Shown here: one piece after another, positions 23,581 through 31,639 of the stretch
Position numbering within the stretch: the stretch's first letter is position 1
Layout: every line of letters starts with the position of its first letter
Source: Vulcanimicrobiota bacterium
GTDB lineage: Bacteria > Vulcanimicrobiota > Vulcanimicrobiia > Vulcanimicrobiales > Vulcanimicrobiaceae
NCBI GenBank assembly: GCA_003134965.1
Contig: PLDA01000002.1
Span: forward strand, 1,388,415 to 1,420,414
Length of the DNA: 32,000 bases
Direction of reading: 5' to 3'
Translations under genes and position numbers: made by a program
The notes under the pieces: generated by a model
What the model saw: the letters and a program-made list of their open reading frames with translations, nothing else
Told to the model about the DNA's origin: nothing
The model's database searches: none

Positions 23581-24695
23581 GGTTCGGTAACGACGTACGA
23601 GCGCGGAACGTGCGCCGGGAGCCGCGCGACGATCTCGTAGCCGATCGTCCCGCAGCCGGCCGCGAGTTCCTCGGCGGTGATCTGCGCGCCGCGGTCCGTT
23701 CCGATCAGCGTTACAGGATCGCCGTTCGCGGCATCCGGAACGCCGGTCACGTCCAGGAAGGCCATGTCCATGCAGATCCGCCCGACGAACGGCACCCGCG
23801 TGCCGCGGACCAGCGCGTGCGCCGCGTTGCCGGCGGCACGCGGGAGGCCTTCGGCGTAACCGATCGGCAGCGTCGCGATGCGCGCACCCCGCTCCGCCCG
23901 CCAGCTCCGCCCGTAGCCCACCGTGGTGCCGGCGTCGATCTCGTGCAGCGCGACGATCCGCGTCGTCCAGCGCAGTGCCGGTTCGAGGGCGAGCCCGCGC
24001 TCGCGCATCAGCGTCTCCGACTCCGCGCTCGGCCAGATGCCGTAGAGCCCGATGCCGCAGCGCACCGCGCCGAGCCGCGCCTCGGGCCACAGGATCGCCG
24101 CCGCGGTCGCCGCCGCGTGCCGCTCGACCGCGACATCGACGTTCGCCGTCGCGTGCAAGAAGCGCGAGAGCTGCTCCAGCGTGAAGGTCGAGTCGATCTC
24201 CTCGGCCGCCGCCAAGTGCGTGAACGCGCCGGCGAGTTCGAACTCGGGTGTCGCGGCGTAGCGCGCGAGCACCGCCGGCGCTTCGTGCGGGGTGAGCCCG
24301 AGCCGGATGACGCCGGTGTCGACCTTCGCGTGGATGGCGAAGCGCCGCCGTCGCCGGCGGGCGACGCTCGCGACCTGCCGGGCGTAGAGCCCATCGTCCC
24401 ACAGCGTGATCGCGGCGCCGCTCGCGTGCGCGACGTCGAGGTCGCCCGGCGCGATCGGCCCCAGTACGTGGATCGGTGCGGTGATCCCGGCGTCGCGGAG
24501 CGCGACCGCTTCTTCCAGCGCGTAGACACACAGCCGCGCGGCGTGCGGGGCGAGCGCGCGCGCGACCGGGACCAGACCGTGACCGTAGGCGTCGGCCTTC
24601 ACCACGGCGGCGAGCCGCGCCGGTGCGGCGAGTCGCGCCAGCGCGCCGGCGTTGCGGGCGATTGCGCCCAGATCGACCGCGAGTTCCGCGATCAC
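23577..24695 (-). CDS. alr: Alanine racemase
   Basis: PLP-lysine motif AVVKADAYGHG. Also LPIGYAEG and VGRICMDM. GTG start 4 nt after the upstream stop. Confidence 0.9.
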   Translation of the reverse strand: MIAELAVDLGAIARNAGALARLAAPARLAAVVKADAYGHGLVPVARALAPHAARLCVYALEEAVALRDAGITAPIHVLGPIAPGDLDVAHASGAAITLWDDGLYARQVASVARRRRRRFAIHAKVDTGVIRLGLTPHEAPAVLARYAATPEFELAGAFTHLAAAEEIDSTFTLEQLSRFLHATANVDVAVERHAAATAAAILWPEARLGAVRCGIGLYGIWPSAESETLMRERGLALEPALRWTTRIVALHEIDAGTTVGYGRSWRAERGARIATLPIGYAEGLPRAAGNAAHALVRGTRVPFVGRICMDMAFLDVTGVPDAANGDPVTLIGTDRGAQITAEELAAGCGTIGYEIVARLPAHVPRSYVVTEP

Positions 24696-24699
24696 TCCG

Positions 24700-25182
24700 T
24701 CATCCCGAGCCTGTCGACGGGCGCAGTTGTCGTGACGCAGTCACCGCGAGCGGGATCCCGAACCAGACGATGTAGGCCGCGAGCTGGATCAGCAGCACGT
24801 CGAAGTCCGGCCGGTGATAGAGGCCCGCCGTCAGCAGCATCACCTGCATGACGATGTAGACGATTAGCCCGAACGCCGCTCCGGAGAGCCACGGCCGAGC
24901 CAGGAGCTGCGGCGACGTTTGGCTCGCCGAGACGTAGCCGACGCCCCAGCCGGCCGAGATCGCGAAATGGAGGAGGAACGCCAACCCGATCGCGACATCG
25001 AGGCGGGAACCGGGCGGCAGCACGGTCGTCGTGACGTAGCCGGTGACCAGCGGCACCTGATCGGCCTGGACCTTGAACGCCCAGTCGGCCGCGCGATAGA
25101 ACGCCTCGATCACAAGGCCGCCGGCGAGGCCCGCGACGAGCCCCGCCGTGAGCTGGGCGCGCAAGGTAACGGTCCGCTCCAC
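24700..25182 (-). CDS. Integral membrane protein of unknown function (about 4 TM)
   Basis: 160 aa with four hydrophobic segments. Good GC3. Same strand as alr and tightly spaced. Confidence 0.55.
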   Translation of the reverse strand: MERTVTLRAQLTAGLVAGLAGGLVIEAFYRAADWAFKVQADQVPLVTGYVTTTVLPPGSRLDVAIGLAFLLHFAISAGWGVGYVSASQTSPQLLARPWLSGAAFGLIVYIVMQVMLLTAGLYHRPDFDVLLIQLAAYIVWFGIPLAVTASRQLRPSTGSG

Positions 25183-25203
25183 GGCGTCGGCCCTTCGCGA
25201 GGG

Positions 25204-25728
25204 CTAGGCGGTGGTCCCCGACGCTGCGCTGCCGCGGAGCGACGCCTGGCGCGTCTCCATCTCGACGGCGAGCCGGTCGAGCAGATCGCCCATGGTGGCG
25301 CGGGCGATCCGGCGGCCGATCAGGGCGTCGAAGACCGCTCCCAGCGCGCCGAACGGGGGCCGGTACTCGCCCTCGAGGGTCAGCAGCGTCTCGTCGACCG
25401 AGGCGATCCGCAGCCGCAGCGTCCCGCGGAAGTCCGGGAAGAAGCGCGTCCCCGCGGTCCAGCAGACCTCGAAGGCATCGTGGGCCCGCCCGGGTTCCGC
25501 GTCGTCGGGGCGCTGCATCGCCACGATCCGCACCGGCTCGTGCAGCCGTCCGCCGAGCGTGGGGACCAGGCTCTTGAGCGGTACGCCGACTTCGGCGCCT
25601 CCTGCGGCCGCGCGTGCGAAAAATGCCGCCGCGTACTCGTGCGCGACAGAAAACGGGCAGCGCGTGCTCCGCTGGACGAGGACACGGGAAACGGCGGTCA
25701 CGATGGGTTCTTCTACCCGTTTCGGCAA
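25204..25728 (-). CDS. Hypothetical protein (possibly SRPBCC-like)
   Basis: 174-aa ORF with coding-like GC3, first gene of the alr-containing string. Start uncertain: ATG 25728 or GTG 25701. The fold assignment is only a guess. Confidence 0.45.
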   Translation of the reverse strand: MPKRVEEPIVTAVSRVLVQRSTRCPFSVAHEYAAAFFARAAAGGAEVGVPLKSLVPTLGGRLHEPVRIVAMQRPDDAEPGRAHDAFEVCWTAGTRFFPDFRGTLRLRIASVDETLLTLEGEYRPPFGALGAVFDALIGRRIARATMGDLLDRLAVEMETRQASLRGSAASGTTA

Positions 25729-25759
25729 ACCGGACGAGATCGTGGCCAGTCAAGATTCT

Positions 25760-26452
25760 ATGGCCGGCGGGCCGTCGATTCCGGCCGGATGGAACGTCCT
25801 CGTCCGGCATTACGAAGAGTGCATGGCGCAGCACGGCGCCACGCCGCGCGGCGTTGATTGGCCGAACGGTGACGACCTTGCGGCGCGTTTCGGCGTGATG
25901 CTCGAGGTCCTGGCCGAGACCGGCGAACGGCCGAGACTGCTCGATCTCGGTTGCGGGCCCGGCCTCCTCCTCGACTACCTCGCCGCGACGAGCGGTGTCG
26001 ATCGGATCCGCTATCAGGGCATCGACCTGTCGAGCGCGATGGTGGACGCGGCCCGTGAGCGCTGGCCCGAGCACGAGTTCTCATGCCGGGACATTCTCTC
26101 AGCCCCGCTTCCGGAGCAGAGCGTGGACGTCGTCATCATGAACGGTGTGCTGACCGAACGGGTTTCGCTGAGCGTTCCGTCGATGACGGCTCTGGCGCAA
26201 GCCCTCGTCGCGGCGGCGTTCAGCGTCGCGCGCGTGGGCATCGCGTTCAACGTGATGAGCGCGCACGTGGACCGGGAGCGTGACGATCTTTTTCACTGGC
26301 CGTTCGACGCGCTGGCCGGGTTCCTCGAGCGCGAGGTGAGTCACAACTACACGTTCCGGGCCGACTACGGGCTCTACGAGTACACCTGCTTCGTCCGGCG
26401 TCAGCCGCACCGGCCTTCGGCGGGACCGCCGGAAACCTGGTGGAAGCGATGA
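25760..26452 (+). CDS. Class I SAM-dependent methyltransferase
   Basis: Motif I LLDLGCGPGLL and post-I GIDLS, within track ORF 25211..26452. ATG 25760 is preferred. ATG 25703 is possible but would overlap the divergent gene. Confidence 0.75.
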   Translation: MAGGPSIPAGWNVLVRHYEECMAQHGATPRGVDWPNGDDLAARFGVMLEVLAETGERPRLLDLGCGPGLLLDYLAATSGVDRIRYQGIDLSSAMVDAARERWPEHEFSCRDILSAPLPEQSVDVVIMNGVLTERVSLSVPSMTALAQALVAAAFSVARVGIAFNVMSAHVDRERDDLFHWPFDALAGFLEREVSHNYTFRADYGLYEYTCFVRRQPHRPSAGPPETWWKR

Positions 26453-26459
26453 AGGTTTC

Positions 26460-27398
26460 TCACGTTCGCCGATCGAGGATGGCGCACCCGAACCCCTCCG
26501 CCCCAAAGCCGTTGCCGTTGTAGAACATCATCAGTTTTCCGTCGACGTCCAGGACGGCGGGGTACGCCTGCATCAGACCGTCCCAGCATCCGGGAGCGCC
26601 CACTTGGATGCCCGCATTCTCATCGTCGCGCCGCCAAACGATCCCGTCCTCGGACTCGGCGTAACCGATTCGGTACGCGCCCGCTCCGTCGCGAAAATCC
26701 TCGCTGCTGCGGAAGCAGAACCACATGCTGTAGCCCGCCTCCGACTTGACCACGGTCGCGCGCGTGTTCGCTTCGTGAGCGGTAGCCGGGTGTATGCACG
26801 TAACGTTGTTGCGCGTCCAACGGATTCCGTCGTCCGACTCGCCGTACTTGATGACGTAGAGCGGCTCGAGCACATCGGTTCCGACGTCGAGCCAGTCGGT
26901 TCCCGACGAGTACCACATCCGAAACCTCGCGCCTTCGCCGAGAATCCACGCGCCAACGGCAAAATAGGGTTCCTGCGCGGTCCGGTCGATGATCGGTCCT
27001 TCAAAGGCCCTCCGAAACGGCGCTGCGCCGCCGTCGCTCACCGCGAGTCCGATCGCGTTGCCCCAAGGAACGACGACACGCCGGTTATAGCCGTGGTAGT
27101 AGAGAAAAATCTTCCCCTCGCGCGCCATGGCGAAGTTGGTGAGCGTCCCGCTGTCATCGAACGAACCGGGTCGTCCGATCTCCAAGATCGGTTCATCGGG
27201 CACGTGGACGACACGCGTGGGATCCTTCCGGTCCAGGTCGACGAAACTCATGCGACTGATGTTGGACTGTTCGCGCGTCGTGAAATAGACCCGGATCACG
27301 TCTTCCATGAGCAATGGAGTAGGAAGCATGGCGTGACTTCTCATCCACCCTTTGCCGTGTGTTCGAACCGAGAAGACGAGCCCGAGTTTTTCCCACAT
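26460..27398 (-). CDS. Five-bladed beta-propeller protein (GH43/32/130-like fold) of the kind found in glycan-biosynthesis loci
   Basis: 312 aa. Blade-like repeats: GSFDDSG..FLYYHG, GLAVSDGG.PF.R, YVIKYGESDDGIRWTR, IGYAESEDGIVWRR, MMFYNGNGFG. Lower GC, with A/T-ending codons. Confidence 0.55.
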   Translation of the reverse strand: MWEKLGLVFSVRTHGKGWMRSHAMLPTPLLMEDVIRVYFTTREQSNISRMSFVDLDRKDPTRVVHVPDEPILEIGRPGSFDDSGTLTNFAMAREGKIFLYYHGYNRRVVVPWGNAIGLAVSDGGAAPFRRAFEGPIIDRTAQEPYFAVGAWILGEGARFRMWYSSGTDWLDVGTDVLEPLYVIKYGESDDGIRWTRNNVTCIHPATAHEANTRATVVKSEAGYSMWFCFRSSEDFRDGAGAYRIGYAESEDGIVWRRDDENAGIQVGAPGCWDGLMQAYPAVLDVDGKLMMFYNGNGFGAEGFGCAILDRRT

Positions 27399-27411
27399 TC
27401 CGATCGGGACG

Positions 27412-28011
27412 CTATCGAGTGCTTTTCTGCATGAACCGGCTCGAGGCCAGGAGCTCTTGGCCTTTCCCGATCGCGTCGCGGCGCCGCTCTTTGATCGGTC
27501 TCGCCGGTACTCCGCCGTAGATCGTCCACGGTTCGGTCGACCGTCCGATCAAACTCAGCGCGCCGAGCACCGAGCCCTCCGCCAGCGTCACCCCGGGCAG
27601 GATGATCGCGCCGGCGCCCGTGATCGTGTGCTCTTCCATCACCACTGCTCCGTGACTGAGGCAAAGCAGATCGGGCGGGATCGTCGGTCCCATCAAATGT
27701 TCACCCGAGTAGTCGTCGTTGATCGTGTAGATGCGCGCGCCATGCGCGATGTTCGCAAAGTTCTTCATCTCGAAGCCGGCTTTGGCGGCGATGAAGACAC
27801 CCGCCGCAATGTGCGTGTAGCATCCGACGGTCAACGGCCCGGTCGCGAGAAGGATGACATCCGGATCGATCCGCACGTGGGATCCAATCGAGATGTTTTC
27901 AATGCCGACGAGCGTTACACGTTCGTGGATCATCACGTCATGTCCCAGTGATTTGAAGGGCATGCCGGCGAGCACCTCGGGAGTAAGATAGTCAGCGCGA
28001 TAGTTCGTCAT
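27412..28011 (-). CDS. Left-handed beta-helix (hexapeptide-repeat) acyl/acetyltransferase
   Basis: Repeated [LIV]-G-x4 hexapeptides: ISIGSHVRIDPDVIL, ITGAGAIILPGVTLAEGSVLGALSL, then GGVPARPI. ATGA overlap with the upstream gene. Confidence 0.8.
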   Translation of the reverse strand: MTNYRADYLTPEVLAGMPFKSLGHDVMIHERVTLVGIENISIGSHVRIDPDVILLATGPLTVGCYTHIAAGVFIAAKAGFEMKNFANIAHGARIYTINDDYSGEHLMGPTIPPDLLCLSHGAVVMEEHTITGAGAIILPGVTLAEGSVLGALSLIGRSTEPWTIYGGVPARPIKERRRDAIGKGQELLASSRFMQKSTR

Positions 28012-29198
28012 CTCGCCCCTCGGTGCAGAGCCAGCGCTCGAAGAACGTCGAGCCTCGGCGGGAGTTGGGTCTCGCGGCCGAAGAGCTCGGTGAGCTGAAT
28101 CCGGCCGTTCTTGCCGATGCGCGCCAGCGCGCCCCGCTCCGCAATGAGGGGCGACAGTCGTCGTACGATGTCATCGACGCTCGGTTCTACGAGCACGATG
28201 TCAACGCCGTCTCGATAGTCGGTATTCATGTTGAGGACGTCGGTACAACAGATGACGCCCTCTTGAAGCCCGACCGCAACGCAGCTTCCGGTCGGAAAGC
28301 CGTCAAAGGCGCCGTTCCCCAGGACGCCCGGCCGATTCGGTGACAAGACCACGTCGAGCGTTCGTCCGATCTCGCGTAACCGCTCCGTGCCCACGAAGCC
28401 GTGAAACACGAATCGCGCGGAGAGATCTTCCATCGGCACGATGCTCCCGTCCCACGGACCGACGACATGATATCGTGCGTCCACGCCGTTCCGAGTGAGC
28501 GCGCGGGCCGTTTCAATGAAGAGATCGTAGCCCTTGTCCTCGCCCTTCGCCGTGTATCGATTGGCCACGAAACCGATGTCGAGCACGGCCTTGTCGATGC
28601 CGAAGTATGTGCGGTCTTTCGGTATGCCGAACGCCGCGGAGGGGATCACGCCGCCGGGCACATGGCAAATCTTTGATGCAACGAGCGGATATCTCTTGAT
28701 AAGATAATCGAGCGTATAGCGCTGCGTGACGATGATCCGTTGCAAGAACGGGCTGTTGCAAACGCGATCGAGCCGATCGTCCGAACCCTTTTCGCCGACG
28801 CAGAACCCTCCTCCGGGGTACAGGGTGAACGCAAACGGCTTCTCGGTCCGCTCGATGGCATCCAAGTATTGCGCCGTATTCTGGAGAAAGACCGCATAGT
28901 ATGCGTCGGCGTCCGGGATCTGATCCGGGCTGAGCGGATGGACGCGGCCCGCGTGGCGAGGGTTCGCCGCAACGTATTCGGCGATGACGGCGTCGACCGG
29001 GCGCGGCCCGCCTACCCAGTGAAAAGCGTTGCCGTCACAGTAGGCGGAGACGGATACCTCCGGCATGTCGTCCAGATACGCGACAAACTCTTCGAGACGA
29101 ATCCCGGACATCGGATGGGGGAACAGGTCGTCCAAAATCGCAATCCGCGGTCGCACGACGCGCCGGCGCGAATGCACGATACGCTCGAGAAACCTCAT
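28008..29198 (-). CDS. GT-B-fold (GT4-like) glycosyltransferase-like protein
   Basis: Starts at MRFLERIV, residue 126 of track ORF 28008..29573, in an ATGA overlap with the upstream stop. The C-terminal half has the GT1/GT4 layout: GFVANRYTAKGEDKGYDLFIE...VVG...FHGFV...DVVLSP...FDGFPTG..VAVGLQEGVICCTD. The canonical E of the EX7E motif is not obvious. Confidence 0.55.
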   Translation of the reverse strand: MRFLERIVHSRRRVVRPRIAILDDLFPHPMSGIRLEEFVAYLDDMPEVSVSAYCDGNAFHWVGGPRPVDAVIAEYVAANPRHAGRVHPLSPDQIPDADAYYAVFLQNTAQYLDAIERTEKPFAFTLYPGGGFCVGEKGSDDRLDRVCNSPFLQRIIVTQRYTLDYLIKRYPLVASKICHVPGGVIPSAAFGIPKDRTYFGIDKAVLDIGFVANRYTAKGEDKGYDLFIETARALTRNGVDARYHVVGPWDGSIVPMEDLSARFVFHGFVGTERLREIGRTLDVVLSPNRPGVLGNGAFDGFPTGSCVAVGLQEGVICCTDVLNMNTDYRDGVDIVLVEPSVDDIVRRLSPLIAERGALARIGKNGRIQLTELFGRETQLPPRLDVLRALALHRGAR

Positions 29199-30169
29199 CG
29201 TGAGTCCCGGTACGGCGGAAAATAGCCCGACGACCGGTCTTCCGCTCGTGCCTCGCGACAGAGCGCCGCGAATCGCTCGTGCATGTAGACCTGCTTCAAT
29301 ACCGGGACGCCGACGGATCTCCCGCCGAAGCGTCGCTTGAATGCATCCAGGTCGTCGCCGCTGCGCGCGCCGCCGCCGAGATTGAAGAAGCGGACACCGC
29401 GGCGCTTGAGTTCGCGAAGGGCGGCCCAGAGCAGCGTTCGCGTGTGGCTGCGCCCCTGGGTCGTGCCGGCGCTGATGAAGAAATCGGCGATCTCGCTCGT
29501 GTAGAGGCAAAGGACGACGGCCTGCGGCGGTTCGCCCACGCCGAGCAACAGGGAGCCGGGTGAAGAGAGCCACGCGTTCAGCGTCGTTCGTGAAAAGCGA
29601 TACGTTTCGGAGGCGCCGACGCGTGCCAGCGTATCGACGTAGAGCGACGGCAATGCGCGCCGAAGCGAATCACCGTCCGTCACGACGGATTCGAGCAGCA
29701 CGAGGCTCTTGCGGACCTCGCGACGGTGCGTCGGATGCATCGACGCAAGCAAGAGATCTTCGTCGAGCGACAGATCGAGCGCGTATATCGTACTGCCGCG
29801 TTCGAGGCCGTCAGCGGCGGCGAATGGGTGCGGAAGAAGGGGATTCAGCGCGAGGTATCCGCAGATCCAGCCCTGCGCGCTTGCGAAGCGACGAAATGCA
29901 TCCGGCAAACCGTCGCAGCGGCCTTGAGTAGTAAAGCCGCCGAAACCGTAGGGCGTTGCGATGTCGACCGAGTCTCCGTAGCGACGCAGCAGAAGAGGGC
30001 AGGCAGCCCGATTCTCACCGTCGCCATAGTCGAACAGCACGATCTGGTCGTCCGTGCTTGCCGACAGTGCAGCGTTGTACCAATGCGTGTGGCCCGGGCC
30101 GTGCGGCATCCGGCTGATCGTGGCGGCCCATTCCTCGGGATTCGCGAGCGAGAGCAGCCGTACGCTCAC
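29195..30169 (-). CDS. FemAB-like / GNAT (Acetyltransf_6, BioF2-like) family protein
   Basis: GTG 30169 in a GTGA overlap with the MBL gene stop. VSVRLLSLANPEEWAATI...HTHWYN...TPYGFGGF...MHPTHRREVRKS...FFISAGT...LLWAALRELKRRGVRFFNLGGG...LDAFKRRFGG matches the FemAB-like layout. Confidence 0.6.
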   Translation of the reverse strand: MSVRLLSLANPEEWAATISRMPHGPGHTHWYNAALSASTDDQIVLFDYGDGENRAACPLLLRRYGDSVDIATPYGFGGFTTQGRCDGLPDAFRRFASAQGWICGYLALNPLLPHPFAAADGLERGSTIYALDLSLDEDLLLASMHPTHRREVRKSLVLLESVVTDGDSLRRALPSLYVDTLARVGASETYRFSRTTLNAWLSSPGSLLLGVGEPPQAVVLCLYTSEIADFFISAGTTQGRSHTRTLLWAALRELKRRGVRFFNLGGGARSGDDLDAFKRRFGGRSVGVPVLKQVYMHERFAALCREARAEDRSSGYFPPYRDSR

Positions 30170-31632
30170 GGCACCGGCTTGCGGGTGCGCCACGGAGCCG
30201 CGCGCTGCCACTCCCCTTCGAGCGGAAACACGCCGTGCCCGGGACGAATGCGCTCGGCGATCTGCGGGTGCAGGGCTCGGTCGACCAACGCTTGCGGATT
30301 CCGATTGTTGAGATCGATATACGTCTCGAACCAAAACCAGAAGTGCGCGATCTCCAGGCGAAACTCCCCGTGCTGCCGGTTTTCCGCTGCCCATTGGATG
30401 TTGTTCAGCAGCACCTTGCCCTCCAGCACCGCGGCCCAAAGGGATTCGCGGATGAAGAGCTCTTGATCGACCGGCGCCTCGTCGTCCCATGCGGCCTCGA
30501 ATCCCGTTTCCGGCGTACAGCGCATGACGAAGGCGAAATCGCTGTTTGGTCCCTCGATGTTGACGCGAATGCGCGTGCGGAACGTGACGTTGCCGCGATG
30601 GATCCAGGCGTTGATGTGCGCGATGAACCGTTCGCTGCGACGACGCATGTCCGAGACGTCGGAACCGTCGATCCACTCGCGGATCGCCTCGACCTTCGGC
30701 TTCAGCCGCAGCCGCAGGCGCTCGATCTCTCCCAGATAGTCGGTCCAGTCGATCTCCGGATGATTGCGCTCGAGGCCACCTTCCAGCGTCCACCTGTCGG
30801 AGGGGTACATGATCACGACCTCGATCTTCTTGTCGGGATAATTCGTCGTGACGAAGTCCTCGAACAACGTGGGGGTCGCCCGGTTCGACCAGTTGCAGTG
30901 CATCATCCGGTCGTCCAGCCAAGCGAAGTCCCCGGCAAACGGGGCGAGGCGCCGGACGCGCAAGAGTTCGATCGCATTCTTTTGCTGGATCCAGCTCACT
31001 TTACGGCGGGCCGATGCCGCTCGCATTTCCTCCACCGGCATGCGGTAGCAGCCCGGGAACATCGAAACACCGGAATACTGCACGAAGGCGATATCGATCT
31101 CACCGAAGCGGCGATCGATCTCCGCACACAGCTTCGCGTCGGTCGGGCAATCGTTCAGGTTCAACAGCGTGCAATCGCCGTGTTCGAGCACGAAACCGGA
31201 GTTTTCCCAGTCCCACCATTTGGTCTCACAACCGGGTATGACCGTGAGCGACGTATCGTTGCCGAGCTTCACCGTCTCCCAAGGGCGAAGCTTGCGAATG
31301 CGATGGAAGCCGAGCTCTCGCATGGTGCGTTCCACGGTCTGCGCGCGCAGGCCGGGATCGCTCAGATACTCCGGCAACAGGACCTCGACGTCGCGCGGGA
31401 GGCAGTCCAGCGAGGGAACGTGCAGATGATCTTCGTGGGGATGCGACAGATACAGGTAGTTCAGCCCGGCCGTGAGTTCTTCGGGAGGGAGCACGGCGGC
31501 TGGAAATTTCCACGTCGTGAACGCATAGACCGGCTCGTTCAGAATCCACGGATCGCAGATGAGACGGCCGAAGTCCCCGTCGAAGAGGAGCGAAGCATGC
31601 GAGACGTAAGTAACGGTGAGATGTTCGTTCAC
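30166..31632 (-). CDS. MBL-fold metallo-hydrolase with a ~250-aa C-terminal domain of unknown function
   Basis: GTG start. N-terminus TVTYVSHASLLF...DPW. HxHxDH motif LSHPHEDH. The C-terminal half has no domain I recognise. Confidence 0.7.
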   Translation of the reverse strand: MNEHLTVTYVSHASLLFDGDFGRLICDPWILNEPVYAFTTWKFPAAVLPPEELTAGLNYLYLSHPHEDHLHVPSLDCLPRDVEVLLPEYLSDPGLRAQTVERTMRELGFHRIRKLRPWETVKLGNDTSLTVIPGCETKWWDWENSGFVLEHGDCTLLNLNDCPTDAKLCAEIDRRFGEIDIAFVQYSGVSMFPGCYRMPVEEMRAASARRKVSWIQQKNAIELLRVRRLAPFAGDFAWLDDRMMHCNWSNRATPTLFEDFVTTNYPDKKIEVVIMYPSDRWTLEGGLERNHPEIDWTDYLGEIERLRLRLKPKVEAIREWIDGSDVSDMRRRSERFIAHINAWIHRGNVTFRTRIRVNIEGPNSDFAFVMRCTPETGFEAAWDDEAPVDQELFIRESLWAAVLEGKVLLNNIQWAAENRQHGEFRLEIAHFWFWFETYIDLNNRNPQALVDRALHPQIAERIRPGHGVFPLEGEWQRAAPWRTRKPVP

Positions 31633-31639
31633 TGGGCTG

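Noticed and set aside
23581-24531. Track ORF 22276..24531 read as a single 751-aa protein.
   Set aside because: The upstream 317 aa lie in an alternative frame of the alanine racemase gene, which has the VVKADAYGHG motif, and are Arg-rich. The real gene most plausibly starts at the GTG that overlaps the alr stop.
24692-26074. 460-aa - strand ORF spanning the membrane-protein, unknown-protein and methyltransferase region.
   Set aside because: The translation is Arg/Pro/Gly-rich with no motifs. It overlaps three better-supported genes in other frames.
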